From NCBI GenBank assembly GCA_034226945.1, contig CP120457.1, forward strand, positions 1,054,001-1,118,000: a stretch of 64,000 nt of DNA, given 5' to 3'. The notes under the pieces are model-generated. The model ran no database searches, was not told the origin of the DNA, and was given only the letters and a program-made list of their open reading frames with translations. Numbering within the stretch: position 1 is the stretch's first letter; every line of letters begins with the position of its first letter. This document shows, piece by piece, positions 51,986-63,118 of this stretch. Position numbers and translations under genes: made by a program. Source of the DNA: Picochlorum sp. SENEW3 (Eukaryota).

Positions 51986-54265
51986 ATGTGGTGGTTTATT
52001 TTGGTTACCTGTGTCATTTCACACACAAGCAAAGCTTCAATACTATCATTCAGTGAACTCACCCAATGCCTGGATGAGGAGGTAGGAATATTAGATATGT
52101 CCCACTGAGACTGGTAATTCAGGTGCATGCTTGATTATTCAGGACATTTTAACATGCTCTGAGAAACTCGTCGTCTCTATGACAGTAGAGAATGGCAAGA
52201 TATACGAGACTGACTACCTAGATTTTACCATTGACTGTGTTGGTTCACCAACTGGGGAATGCCCCTGTGGCTGCATGCACTCTGTCGATAAAGACTGCTC
52301 GTGTAGGGATTTGTCAACCCCCATCAGAGTCAGTGTTGTCAGAACTCCTGTGAAGATCCTGTACCCACTTGCAGAGCCAACAACTTTCAATGGAAGGCCA
52401 CACGAGGTGTGTAATTCCCTGTCCACAGCTGTTAGGTGAGACGAAGATACTGTTTAACTCGAGATCTGTGCTGACATAGGTATATATTCCAACAGGGTAT
52501 GGATCTCGCGAAAATCAGTGTATCGACGACGAGTTTCACTCCAATCCAACATGTGGGTGGGCACGTTCCAGCAGTGCCACTGCATCAAATATAGATATCC
52601 TGTATGTTTGCCTGCATATTTCGCATCGTATGATCTAGCACGTTACCTGAAATCATTTTCAATTCATTTTTAGGGACAGCCAAGGATTCTGCTGCGTGTG
52701 CCCTTTTTGGGGGGCGCAAGAAACGATCCCAAGAGGCTACAGGGACTGTTCGTATTCTCTTTCCTGGTTGACAGAAGGGACCCCAGGCTCTGCTCATTGC
52801 TTGCGATACGACGAAGATTGGTGGTACAGAGGATATAAAATAGGTAAATATCAACTGGATTTTCAGATCCAAGTGAGCATCCAAAATATGGCAAACCATT
52901 CTGAGAATTATCCACAGACAAGCAGACGGGAACTAATTTCACTGTCACCTTCACAGACGTCACACACCTCAAGCATTGGCAATATGCATGCCGAGCTGGT
53001 GGGGGATCTCGCGTCTTATCAAGAAATAGCGAGTCTGAAGGATTATTGGGTAATGGTGCCCGTGCAGCCAGGGCTCTCGCCGAATGAGATCTTCACATCT
53101 AATAGGGACATGTGGCTCATCCTGCCACCTTCACTGGTATCCACATCGGGGGAGTGTGACAAGGTCGGAGTAAGCTATTCTTCCTTCAGATACCAGACTA
53201 ATGGATGTCAGAGGCCCTTAGGGTCTTGTTTGTCCAATCAAATTTATGATTTTGAGATGCAGGACAGATACCGTGTGGAGGAGGGGCTGGAGCCACTTTA
53301 CAACATCCGCCGTTATGGAGGAGGCAGTGATAATCCCGAACAGATCAGCGAAAATTCACATGGTCTCGTTCTCAGTCTTCCCTTGAAGCAGATGCGAAGC
53401 AGTGTCGTGGTGCTTTCCATCAATGCTGACTCGGTCAGATTTGTGACCCAGGTTGGCCATGGCATCATCAGTGGAGCAGCCATCTGTACTTTTGATGGTG
53501 ACACGTGCGGACAGTTCCAGGCAATATCAGGCAGAGGATATCTTCAAGTACATGTCAATAATACGAGCACAAATGATGCCATGTTCCACGTGTCTGTTGT
53601 CAATTGCAGTGCTGAAATAGTCCCAATCCTGCAGATTAGTGCAGCGGTGCAGGGAATACACATGGAAACTTTCATGTTCGAGGTACAATCACGAACTGAT
53701 ATAGCATCTAATTGCTCTTGTACTGTTGTCGTGAAGAATGCTTTGGCAGAAGTAACTGATACACTGTCAGTGCTCTTTCGGCTAACACCCACAGACTACA
53801 CTCCAAACTCAGAACAATCAGATATTGAGGACAAGGTGCGATCGGCGAGTTATCACCCCGCAATTCTATTCTGTAGTTGCATAAGACATTCAATAAATTA
53901 TGTTTTGTACATGTTTGCTTGTGCAGGCAAGCAACCCCGGCAATCCCCCACAATATTCACCCTGTAGCAAACTCTGCCCGAATGTGTTCAACCTCAAATG
54001 CTCATTATTTGCTGGATGTTGGTCCCAAGCTTTGAAAGGATTTATCATTTTGCTTGGTATAGTCGGATCAATTTACATGACATGGGTCATCTTTAAAACC
54101 CGTGCCATCCCCAGGGCTTTGTCGTATCTGTTCATCAGAAATCCACAGAGACGAGAATCTGTGCCAAGTCTGCGGTCGAACCCGGTCTATGACGCAGGCG
54201 GTGTGCAAAACCAGCCTTCGACTCTATTTAAAACCACATGCAATGGCCCAACTGCGCCAATATAG
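51986..54265 (+). CDS. HAP2: HAP2/GCS1 gamete fusion protein; introns 52082-52142, 52407-52479, 52602-52673, 53836-53926
   Basis: Signal peptide, C.EKLVV, PTCGW, SQGFCC, SAHCLR, CDKVGVSYSSFRYQ..C.RP.GSCL.NQ, single C-terminal TM helix; all splice phases fit. Confidence 0.93.
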
Positions 54266-54946
54266 GGACGCACTCTGTTTCCAATGAGCTCCCATGCGCT
54301 GTGATGGTATGATGCAGACTCTGGCCCGTGATATCTGGCTTTCAACAGATTCAAATACACAAAGATGTTGGTCGCTAGTCGTAACTTTCCACTCATCAGC
54401 AAAAAGCTCACCATTAACTGTAACAATGCCCCTATATCACAGAGGCCCATGTACAACAGCGCTTGCTGTTGCGTTTGACCCAATGTTCTGTACCATCTGT
54501 CGAACCTTGGTGCTGACACTTGAGAGTCAGTTAAAACCTTGTTCGCAAACGACGCTGCATGATATACAGCTAAGATACTCTGCGATACAAGCATAAGCGT
54601 TGCTGATGGATTGGACAACAAGATGAAATCGCCCAGCAGGTAAAAAGATTCAGTTGTGCCTGCAACACTCCTCAACCATGCCACCAAGGCCGAAAAACTC
54701 TTTGGAGGCGGAGCCCTCCTGAGCAGCTACAGCGACAGACTTTGTATGATCAGGGTATTATTCTTCATGAACATTGACAAAAAGGATACACACCCGAAGT
54801 ACATGCACCAGGAGGGATATTCGAGTCGCTAGAAACGACGCTTGATTCTGCAAAGATTTTGAGAAGGGTTGCAAGGCCACGCAGGTGCAGGCTATCAGGA
54901 TCACATGGATCCATAGTAAGAAAATATCTTTTGCACTTTTGATCAT
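54187..54946 (-). CDS. TMEM33/Pom33 (UPF0121) membrane protein; intron 54727-54793
   Basis: Spliced MIKSAK...VALQPF...HVLRLLRRAP...FYLL...LLKARYH...AWELIG, resembles plant/algal TMEM33. Confidence 0.7.
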
Positions 54947-55956
54947 TACAACTCTCCCTGAAAAAGGTATTCTGAAATGGTTTTGGCCACCCTCTCCTCG
55001 TGAGGCAGGTAGTGTCGCTCGTGAATCCTGGGGAAAGGCGTATCGTATCCCGTCACTCTGAGCGGCGGTGCCTTCAGACTACTCCAGCAAAGCTCAGAAA
55101 TGGATGCGACAAGCTCTGCCCCAAAACCACTCGTCTTTGGAGCCTCGTGCACGACGACCAAGCGCCCAGTCTTGCTCACAGACGCCACCAAACATGGCAG
55201 ATCAAGCGGGATGAGAGATCGAACGTCGATCACTTCACAAGAAATGTCCAGTCTATCCTTCAGAAGCGAAGAAGCACTCAGTGATGTATGAACCTGCTGG
55301 CCCCATGCCAAAATGGTCACGTCTGTCCCTGCCTGCACAATATTCGCCTTCCCCAGGGGGATTGAGTAATGTTCATATGGAACCATTTCCTCCCTCAGCC
55401 TGTACATTATTTTAGGCTCGAAGAAGACCACTGGATTTTGATTCTCTATGGAAGATATTAGAAGGCCTTTCGCGTCGTGTGGGCCGCTGGGAATGACGAC
55501 ATGGATCCCTGGAACGTGGGTCAGGAATGCTTCTGGGGACTGCGAATGATACATACCTCCATGCCCCACTGCCCCCCAAGGAGCTCGTATCGTGAGGCCT
55601 CCGACGTTGCAATGCCCCCCTGATCGATACCTATATTTAGCAGCCTCGTTAATTATTTGATCGAGGGCTGGGTATATGTAATCGGCAAATTGGATCTCAG
55701 CCAAGGCCGTGAAGCCTGCTGCTGCTGCTCCCACACCAAAGCCGACAATACCCTGCTCGGATAGAGGCGTATTGAATACACGCTTCCCTCCAAACTGCTT
55801 CTGAAGACCCTCTGTACATCTAAAAACGCCGCCAAAGGCGACATCTTGCCCGAATAAGATGGACTTTTCATTCCTTGACATGACTGAGTGCAAGGCATCT
55901 CGTACTGCCCCACATAGATTCAACTTTCTCCTGAGCATTCTACCGTGCCCTTTCAT
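54946..55956 (-). CDS. BCKDHB: Branched-chain 2-oxo-acid dehydrogenase E1 beta
   Basis: FGQDVAFGGVFRCT, FNTPLSEQGIVGF, EIQFADY, GHGGMYHSQSPEA, GYDTPFP. Confidence 0.95.
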   Translation of the reverse strand: MKGHGRMLRRKLNLCGAVRDALHSVMSRNEKSILFGQDVAFGGVFRCTEGLQKQFGGKRVFNTPLSEQGIVGFGVGAAAAGFTALAEIQFADYIYPALDQIINEAAKYRYRSGGHCNVGGLTIRAPWGAVGHGGMYHSQSPEAFLTHVPGIHVVIPSGPHDAKGLLISSIENQNPVVFFEPKIMYRLREEMVPYEHYSIPLGKANIVQAGTDVTILAWGQQVHTSLSASSLLKDRLDISCEVIDVRSLIPLDLPCLVASVSKTGRLVVVHEAPKTSGFGAELVASISELCWSSLKAPPLRVTGYDTPFPRIHERHYLPHEERVAKTISEYLFQGEL

Positions 55957-56031
55957 GACAGATACACCCTGTATCAGTCAATATCAGAATAGCTTGCCGT
56001 GGATTACAGCTGAGTATCAAGGGCTCTAATC

Positions 56032-56169
56032 TGACCGGTCGATATCGGTCAACATGATCATCTCGTCCCTTCGAATTCGAATTCGAATTTCGTCCCTTCG
56101 AAGGGCGCACGCGTGCGCGTCCTCAGTCGAGATCTAGATCTGGCCTCAGATCTGAGGCCAGATCTCGAC
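56032..56169. repeat. Cluster of nested palindromes in the E1b/SSADH divergent promoter
   Basis: GACCGGTC, CGATATCG, (TTCGAA)3, CCCTTCGAAGGG, GCGCACGCGTGCGC, perfect 30-bp AGATCTGGCCTCAGATCTGAGGCCAGATCT (56136-56165). Confidence 0.9.
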
Positions 56170-56240
56170 ATCCATGATACCACTCTGTGTCAAGCCGCGG
56201 TCGTTCCTTCTTGAAGGTTTAATGAAATACAAATCTTGTC

Positions 56241-57999
56241 ATGTCTTTGGTGTATCACAGTCGATCTCGTGCAAGGTTTGTTTCGAGGGTGGGGTATTTC
56301 CTTCTTGGGAAAAGACAATTTTCATCTTCCTTGGGTTCGATGTCGAATGACGCCATGCCGCTTGAATTGAATGATAAAGAATTATTTCAGACAGGGGCAT
56401 TCATCGGGAACGAGTGGATCCAGCAGTCCGAATCCGGCAAGAGGTACCAGGTGCGACGAGTATGCAGTATCTTGCGTTGGTCCGAAGACTGGGCCTGAGA
56501 GTATCAGTGTTCGCATTCCAGGTTCAAAATCCTGCCACAGGAGAATCCATAGCTGAGGTTGTAGAATGTGGGGCTGTCGAGACCGAGAAGGCCATTCAAG
56601 AGGCCTCGTCAGCGTTCAAAAGTTGGTCTCAGAGGACAGCAAAGTCGCGGGCAAGTATACTGCATCGGTGGCATCAAGAGATTGTGAACGCCAGGGACGA
56701 TATCACCCGTATCATGACACTGGAATGTGGAAAACCTCTCCCCGAGTCGCGAAATGAATTTGATTCTGGGTGCGTATTGTCCTCTCCCTTTGACGCATTG
56801 TCACTTTGATTGTGAGTGTTACAGTTCCCAAATGGATTGCATTGTGCAGAGTGGAGTCCATCACCTGGTTCGCAGAGGAGTGCAAACGGAGCAATGGCGA
56901 CATCATCGAAACTCCTGCAGACGACAAGCAGTTCTTTGTGCTGAAGCAGCCTGTCGGGGTGGTTGGGGCCATCACCCCCTGGAATTTTCCATTCAGCATG
57001 ATCACTCGCAAGGTATCCCCGGCTCTCGCTGCGGGATGCACAGTATGTTTAAAACCAGCTGAGCTGACGCCTCTGACCGCTTTTGCTTTAGCTGAATTGG
57101 GAAAGAGGGCTGGCATCCCCAAAGGTGTGCTGAATATTGTGTCAGGAGATGCCATAGCCATCGGCAAAGCTTTCACTGATTCCAGAATCGTGAGAAAGTT
57201 GGCCTTCACTGGGTCGACCCGAGTTGGCAAATTGCTATATGCTGCTTCCTCAGACACCATGAAAAGGGTATCTCTAGAATTGGGAGGAAATGCACCCTAC
57301 ATTGTTTTTGAAGATGCAGACGTGGACATTGCAGCGCGGGATGTCGTGCTGTCATCTTATCGTAATGCTGGGCAGACGTGCATTTGCACGAATAGAGTCT
57401 TTGTTCACGAGAATATTTATGACAAGTTCAATGATGCCTTGAGCAAACAAGTCGCCAAATTGCGTCTGGGAGATGGCCTGCAGCCTGGAATTTCTCATGG
57501 GCCGCTGATCTCCAAGACAGCTGTCGATGAGGTTCACGCGAAAGTTCAGGATGCTGTAGGCAAAGGAGGAGTCGTCCTAGCCGGTGGGCAGCGACCCGAT
57601 TTTGGCACCTCGTCACCGCTAGGTGGAGGCTTCTTTTATGAACCAACAGTGATCACGAATGCAACAGTGGACATGAGGGTATTCAAAGAGGAAATATTCG
57701 GACCAATCACGCCCGTCTTCAAATTTTCCAGTGATGCGGAAGTGGTACAAATGGCCAATGACACAGAATACGGCCTCGCTGCATATTTCTATACACAGAA
57801 TGTCACCCGTGTCTGGAGGGTGGCAAAGGCCCTTGAATACGGCATGGTTGGGGTGAATCAGGTTGCGATAACGAGCGAAGTTGCCCCATTTGGAGGAGTA
57901 AAAGAATCTGGATTAGGAAGAGAACACTCCAAGTACGGATTGGATGAATTCCAGGACAAAAAGACTGTCTGCCTTGGGCTGGGCAAACTTGATCTTTGA
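56241..57999 (+). CDS. SSADH: Succinate-semialdehyde dehydrogenase (ALDH5), mitochondrial; introns 56451-56521 and 56770-56849
   Basis: ITPWNFP..MITRK, FTGSTRVG, LELGGNAP, RNAGQTCIC, EEIFGP, PFGGVKESGLGRE. Confidence 0.93.
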
Positions 58000-58016
58000 C
58001 ATTCGTTTTTTGAATT

Positions 58017-59737
58017 TTACTTCTTGAGCTTTAACTTTTTTGCCAGCCGCTGCTGAACAGATAATTTGTGTTTGATTTTGTTGTTTCTTTGATCGCTAGA
58101 CATCCTGGAAGGCAAATCTTCCAGTGAGGATAGGTGGGCTGGTTGGCTTGCCTCACGGAGTATTTGTTCATTATACAACCTCTCCGCTTTCCTCTTCTCC
58201 TTACTGCTCAGAGAACTAGAATTCACAATACTCGTATCACCATGATACGGGGTCTCTTTGGGGTATCTGGATGGCTGTATTGCTTTTCTGGCAGGTTGGC
58301 ATTGTTCCTCCCTCGGATGGTTTTTGTACTGGATATTGGACTGGTCTACAAGAAACAGGGCATCCAGTCGATCCTTTGGGAGCTCTTGATGTACATCTAC
58401 CGGACCCCAATGATTTGACACCTCCATGGCGTGTGATCCAGCATAGACTGGCGGAGCGTCACTGTCCCAGACACGTGCAAAGCTGCTTGATGCTACAATA
58501 GGTGCAACTTCTGCCAATTTCTTCAACACTGCCTTGTCGCTGGACGATCCTCTAGAGACTTGATCTTTGGCCTTATCCCTTTGTAGTTTATAGTGATTTG
58601 ACACGCGAGCACGAGGAGCTGTCGGATCGTTGATCATCTGCATGGGATTGTGCGGTTTGGCACTCGGACCACCCTGCTGCTCTGCAGTCTGGCTAGAGCT
58701 GGATGCTCTGCGTGCTCCATTGAGCCCATTGCGAAGCTCTCGAACAAACTTTTCCTGATATTCCATGCATATGGCGACAATATCTGAGTTGATCTCCGCA
58801 GCCTCCCGGAGGACACTGCCCGCCTCTGCACTTCCCACGTGCCGCTGGCATGTCCTGACAATAGACTGAAGGCGCGGAATCGCCTGGATAGTGGCCTCCC
58901 TGTATCCATCTAAGAGATGTGCACTATAACTTTCCAGGCCGTTGTCGCTGCCTTCTTGCACATCCTCCCAGTCGTCTTCAGACACCTCTTCTGTTCCCAC
59001 AGGGGCTGGCAGGCCGGACGGAGCCTTGCCATCAAGTATGTTGCGCGCATTTTTTAGCTCTTCTAGTAATACTTTCCATCGAGGAAGTTTGGATCGAAAC
59101 TCTGCGATCGCTGCCTGTAGCTCCCGTGAGATTATGGCAGCATCTGGGCTGGAGGTGCCTTCTGCCAGTTGCTCGTGCCTAGAGTCAACACGTTCCGGCA
59201 CAACTGACGCAATCTGTGGAGACTCGATCAGCCCTGATGACTCTAAATATCTATAGGCTACTCGAAGTCTCGGCAAGACCTCGGCATATCGCTGATGCCA
59301 GTGCTTCAACGACCTAGCACCACAGTGTTTGAGTTCCTCTGCCGAAGCTTGAGGCTCTGGCAAAGCCCCTCGCCGCCGACACCCAATCACATTGTCCAGA
59401 AATAGATCTAATTTTTGACACGCAAGGTCTCGAAACAGACTAGACCTCTCGAAAAGCGCTGTCCACAGCTCCAAAGCACAAAGCCGAATCTACAAGGACA
59501 CAACAGGAAAGGGTACTCAGGCCACGCCCTCGGATCCAAAAGACTTCCACGACCTCGTACCTGACTATTATTGGCTTGTAATCTGTCCAAAATAGCGTTA
59601 AAAAGCTTCCTAATGTTCCCCTGCGAGATCTTCCCCAGTCGTTTTACTGCCAGGATGTCCCTGTGCTCTACTTCTTCTCCAGGACACTTGTGCTCGGTTG
59701 CCCGCTGAACAAACTCCTTTATAGCATTCTCATTCAT
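58017..59737 (-). CDS. UVSSA: UV-stimulated scaffold protein A; intron 59490-59560
   Basis: Spliced NSQIRLCALELWTALFERSSLFR, LPEP..SAEEL, DPT, LAEVAP, NHWGP, C-terminal VQQRLAKKL. Confidence 0.8.
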
Positions 59738-59994
59738 TGGAAAACTGATTTGGGTGTGTCCAAGCAACCCATACCCCACGTATTTGAATGGGCGCATGTG
59801 GGTACCTTTTTTAAAAAAAAAATCGACGAATGACCGACTCGGAATGTCCGATGATCCGTGTGAACTCGGAGATGTTTAGGGAGAAAGCCTTTCGCTTTCG
59901 TGCATATCTTATTGTTCAATATCCGACAATATTCATACGTATGTGTGAGAGTCGTGCGTTGCTGGTGATCGTTTGAAACTGTGTGCACACTGCC

Positions 59995-60489
59995 ATGTGT
60001 ACCACACAACACAACACGGATAGGCATCCTCAATCTGGTAGAAACAAAGATAATTCCAATTTTCATGGGGGTCCAGAGACTCCATCTCCTCTGGGTATGC
60101 ACTCCGTGCCCATCGCCAGGACGCCAGTGTTGGAAGGAGAGGTTTGTGTCTCTGACAAGCGAGAAAGAGAACGAGAGGTTTTAGATGCCGCAAATCGATT
60201 GTGCGATTTCAATGTGCAACTTATGGCTCACATTGAGACATTACGCTCGAGAATCCTTGAGTTGGAGGAGGAGAATTCCTCCCTGCGACAGAAAGTAGAT
60301 GGGCAGTCCACACCCTCACAGGGAGATGAAAGCGTCATTCACCTGCTGCAGGTCGAAGTAGCCGATTTGGAAAGGCAGCTATATCATGCAAAGATTGCAA
60401 GAAAATCGGCAGAGGAGAATGAAGCTGCTGCAAGGGAGAGGGCTGATATGATTTCTGCCATGTTTGAGCAATTCGTGACCAAGAATTGA
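59995..60489 (+). CDS. Small coiled-coil hypothetical protein
   Basis: Heptad-rich ORF filling the gap. Confidence 0.6.
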   Translation: MCTTQHNTDRHPQSGRNKDNSNFHGGPETPSPLGMHSVPIARTPVLEGEVCVSDKREREREVLDAANRLCDFNVQLMAHIETLRSRILELEEENSSLRQKVDGQSTPSQGDESVIHLLQVEVADLERQLYHAKIARKSAEENEAAARERADMISAMFEQFVTKN

Positions 60490-60512
60490 TTTTTAAACTT
60501 ACAAATGAAAAA

Positions 60513-61223
60513 CTAAAAATTCATTTTCCTGGGCACCGATCCCCCGTGATGAAGAACAAGTTTCCAGTCTCCCTTCTGTTTCTCGAAAATATTTGTGGCG
60601 ACCACCCTTCCCCTGCTTTCCTCAGTGTCCACAACCTCCACAACAGTCACAATCCCCTGGGTGTCTGTGGCGTATATTCTCACATCTTCTAGCTCGATAT
60701 CCATCCTCTGAGACGAAGCTAAGATGAGTTTCCAGCTTGCTAGAACGTCCTCTCGTCCTGCAATACATTCTGCAGCGGGGTGAATGCACTGCACGTGTGC
60801 CCCAGACCCCCAAATCTTCGCCATGGCGACATAGTTACCCCCCCTAAAAGCGTCGTAGAATGCGTCGTTCGCCTCTTCCACAGCCAAACGGTTGTCATCC
60901 CGCCTTTTCCTACAGAAACACGGCAATTTGCTCGCTGAAGCACGAGGGAGTCGATCAAAATCATGAACAGACAGGACGTACTGTATCTCATCCCTGAGAG
61001 AGGCAGCCAACTCGTACTCTTCTCTGTCTATGGCACTATCCAAATCCTCCACTAATCGTTGGAGAGTCCTTGGATCATCGTTCCCAGATGCATGCGCCAC
61101 CATGGACGCCCTTTTGGGCGATGCCCGTCCTCCTCTCGGCCTTGCAGTGAGGATGCAGTGCTGCCCACCCCTGCATCCCACCACACCGCCTCCCCGATTG
61201 TTGGATTGATAAAGTACATTCAT
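60513..61223 (-). CDS. UVR + SnoaL/NTF2-like domain protein (SKIP8-like); in-frame intron 60910-60981
   Basis: AIDREEYELAASLRDEI; ANDAFYDAF, CIHP, GREDVLASW, ATNIFE...WKLVLHH. Confidence 0.88.
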   Translation of the reverse strand: MNVLYQSNNRGGGVVGCRGGQHCILTARPRGGRASPKRASMVAHASGNDDPRTLQRLVEDLDSAIDREEYELAASLRDEIQYVLSVHDFDRLPRASASKLPCFCRKRRDDNRLAVEEANDAFYDAFRGGNYVAMAKIWGSGAHVQCIHPAAECIAGREDVLASWKLILASSQRMDIELEDVRIYATDTQGIVTVVEVVDTEESRGRVVATNIFEKQKGDWKLVLHHGGSVPRKMNF

Positions 61224-61383
61224 ATTTATTTTATATTACGCACCAGTACTCCGAAAGGGGATGATGCAAGCAGAAAAGGACAAGGCCAGCGTCCTTTTTT
61301 TTTAAGGAGGACCGCGGATCCACCCTGCACAAAAGACCCGCCATGACTTCGATGTTGCCAGATTGATATTAAATTTCCCCATC

Positions 61384-62847
61384 ATGGCATCTAGTATCTT
61401 GAAAAGGCGGGATATATGCAACGCACTCGGGTGGAGTGCCTGTAGAACGAGAGCATTTTCGACCTACACGCTGTCGAGTGTCGTGGATCACCTTCCTCAA
61501 GCTGTAGCCAAATTTCACGTACGATCCTCGGCTGTATATCTTTAATTGATTACTAGTAACAATGTACTCGTATGGGTTCAGGACATTGTGGCAGACAGAG
61601 CTTCTGGGTGCTATGTTTGGGACACCTCTGGTAGAAAGTTGATGGACTTGACAAGCGGCATTGGTGTCACTTCCACGGGCCATTCGCACCCAAAAGTGAT
61701 TGAAGCGATTCATAATCAGGCAAATAGGATCATATTTGCCCAGCAGAATATCCTGCCTGCGACAGAGGCTTCGATCAACCTCATCAACCACCTCAAAGGC
61801 ATCATGCCTTCTACCCTCAGCAGATTCTTCTTCTGTAATAGCGGTTCAGAAGCAGTAGACAATGCCATCAAAGTGGCTCGATCCTACACTGGAAAGCAAA
61901 ATATTATATGCATGCAAGGTGGCTACCATGGGCGCACGTATGGCGCAATGTCCATCACGACGTCAAAAACGGTGTATCGGCAAACATTTGGGCCCCTGCC
62001 CAGTGGGATTGCTGTGGCCAGTTATCCGTACTGCTTGCACTGTCCGACTCGGAAGGCAGCCGGAGGTATGGGCTTTTCTGTTTCTCCGTGTGTGGAGGGT
62101 GTGGGGAAATCATTCTCAGAGAGGCAATGCTGCGGATCACCACTCGAGCAGCTGGAATTGTTGTTGAAAACACAGTCTCACCCAAGTGAGACTGCTGCGA
62201 TCATCATCGAGCCTATCCTGGGAGAGGGAGGGTTCCTAGTCCCTCCAAGTGGATATCTAGATGAGCTCAGGAGAATCTGTGACCAGAACAACATGCTGCT
62301 CATATTTGATGAGGTGCAATCTGGTGTGGCCCGTACTGGAGAATGGTGGGGACACCAGACTCTCACAAAGGTGCAACCAGACATTATGATATTTGCAAAA
62401 GGAATAGCCAGTGGATTCCCCTTCGCAGGCTTGGCAGCGAGGGACGACATGTTCTCTAAGATGACGCCAGGCATGATGGGCGGAACGTATGGGGGCAGTG
62501 CCCTTGGGTGCGCTGCTGCTGTTGGCACACTTGAAGCCATCATGGAGGAAAATATGATGGCTAATGCCAAAGCCAGAGGGTCACAGATGATGAATGCGCT
62601 GGTCAAACTCGCCGATACATACCCAATCCTTGAGGTCAGAGGCAGGGGACTGATGATTGCTGTTGAGTTTGACGGCCCGCCAGGAACAGCTGCCAAAGTG
62701 GTACAAGAAGGGTTCGATGAAGATTTAATTCTCATCACCGCTGGCATCAGAGAGACTGTGAGGCTCTTACCACCGCTGGTGATCACTGAGGAAGACGTCC
62801 ATTTTGCCATGGGTGCTTTGGATAGAGCACTCTCTCGAGTTTTTTGA
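61384..62847 (+). CDS. Class-III aminotransferase, most likely 4-aminobutyrate (GABA) transaminase of bacterial GabT-like type; intron 61519-61581
   Basis: Mitochondrial-like presequence, DLTSGIGVTSTGHSHP, NSGSEAVDNAIK, YHGRT, IEPILGEGG, FDEVQSG..RTG, AKGIASGFP, GGTYGG. Confidence 0.75.
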
Positions 62848-63118
62848 TTTGTTCAATCCTCCCTGTTTTTATTTTATTTTCGGTGCCATGTGAGTAAGCT
62901 CCTACCACTCTGCGTTTGTTGCACTGTTATGTCATGTATATCTGGAGCAGTACAACTTGTCTCTGTTGTGAGACAAGAATTCTTGCCAATCAATCCGCGT
63001 CCCACGATGGTGGGTACCCACCGGATGACCGGTCATCAACCCTACCCTCAACCGCTTTCATGCATACGATATTCCTTCAGAATTTAACAGTTCCATTGCA
63101 CAAAAACAGAATCAGACA

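Noticed and set aside
56070..56087. (TTCGAA)n read as a heat-shock element
   Set aside because: An HSE needs 2-nt spacing between GAA and TTC; here the spacing is zero
62839..62890. +1 frameshift at TTT-TGA fusing GABA-T to GAD after splicing
   Set aside because: The frame happens to be open, but the linker is T-rich UTR-like sequence and nothing else supports it
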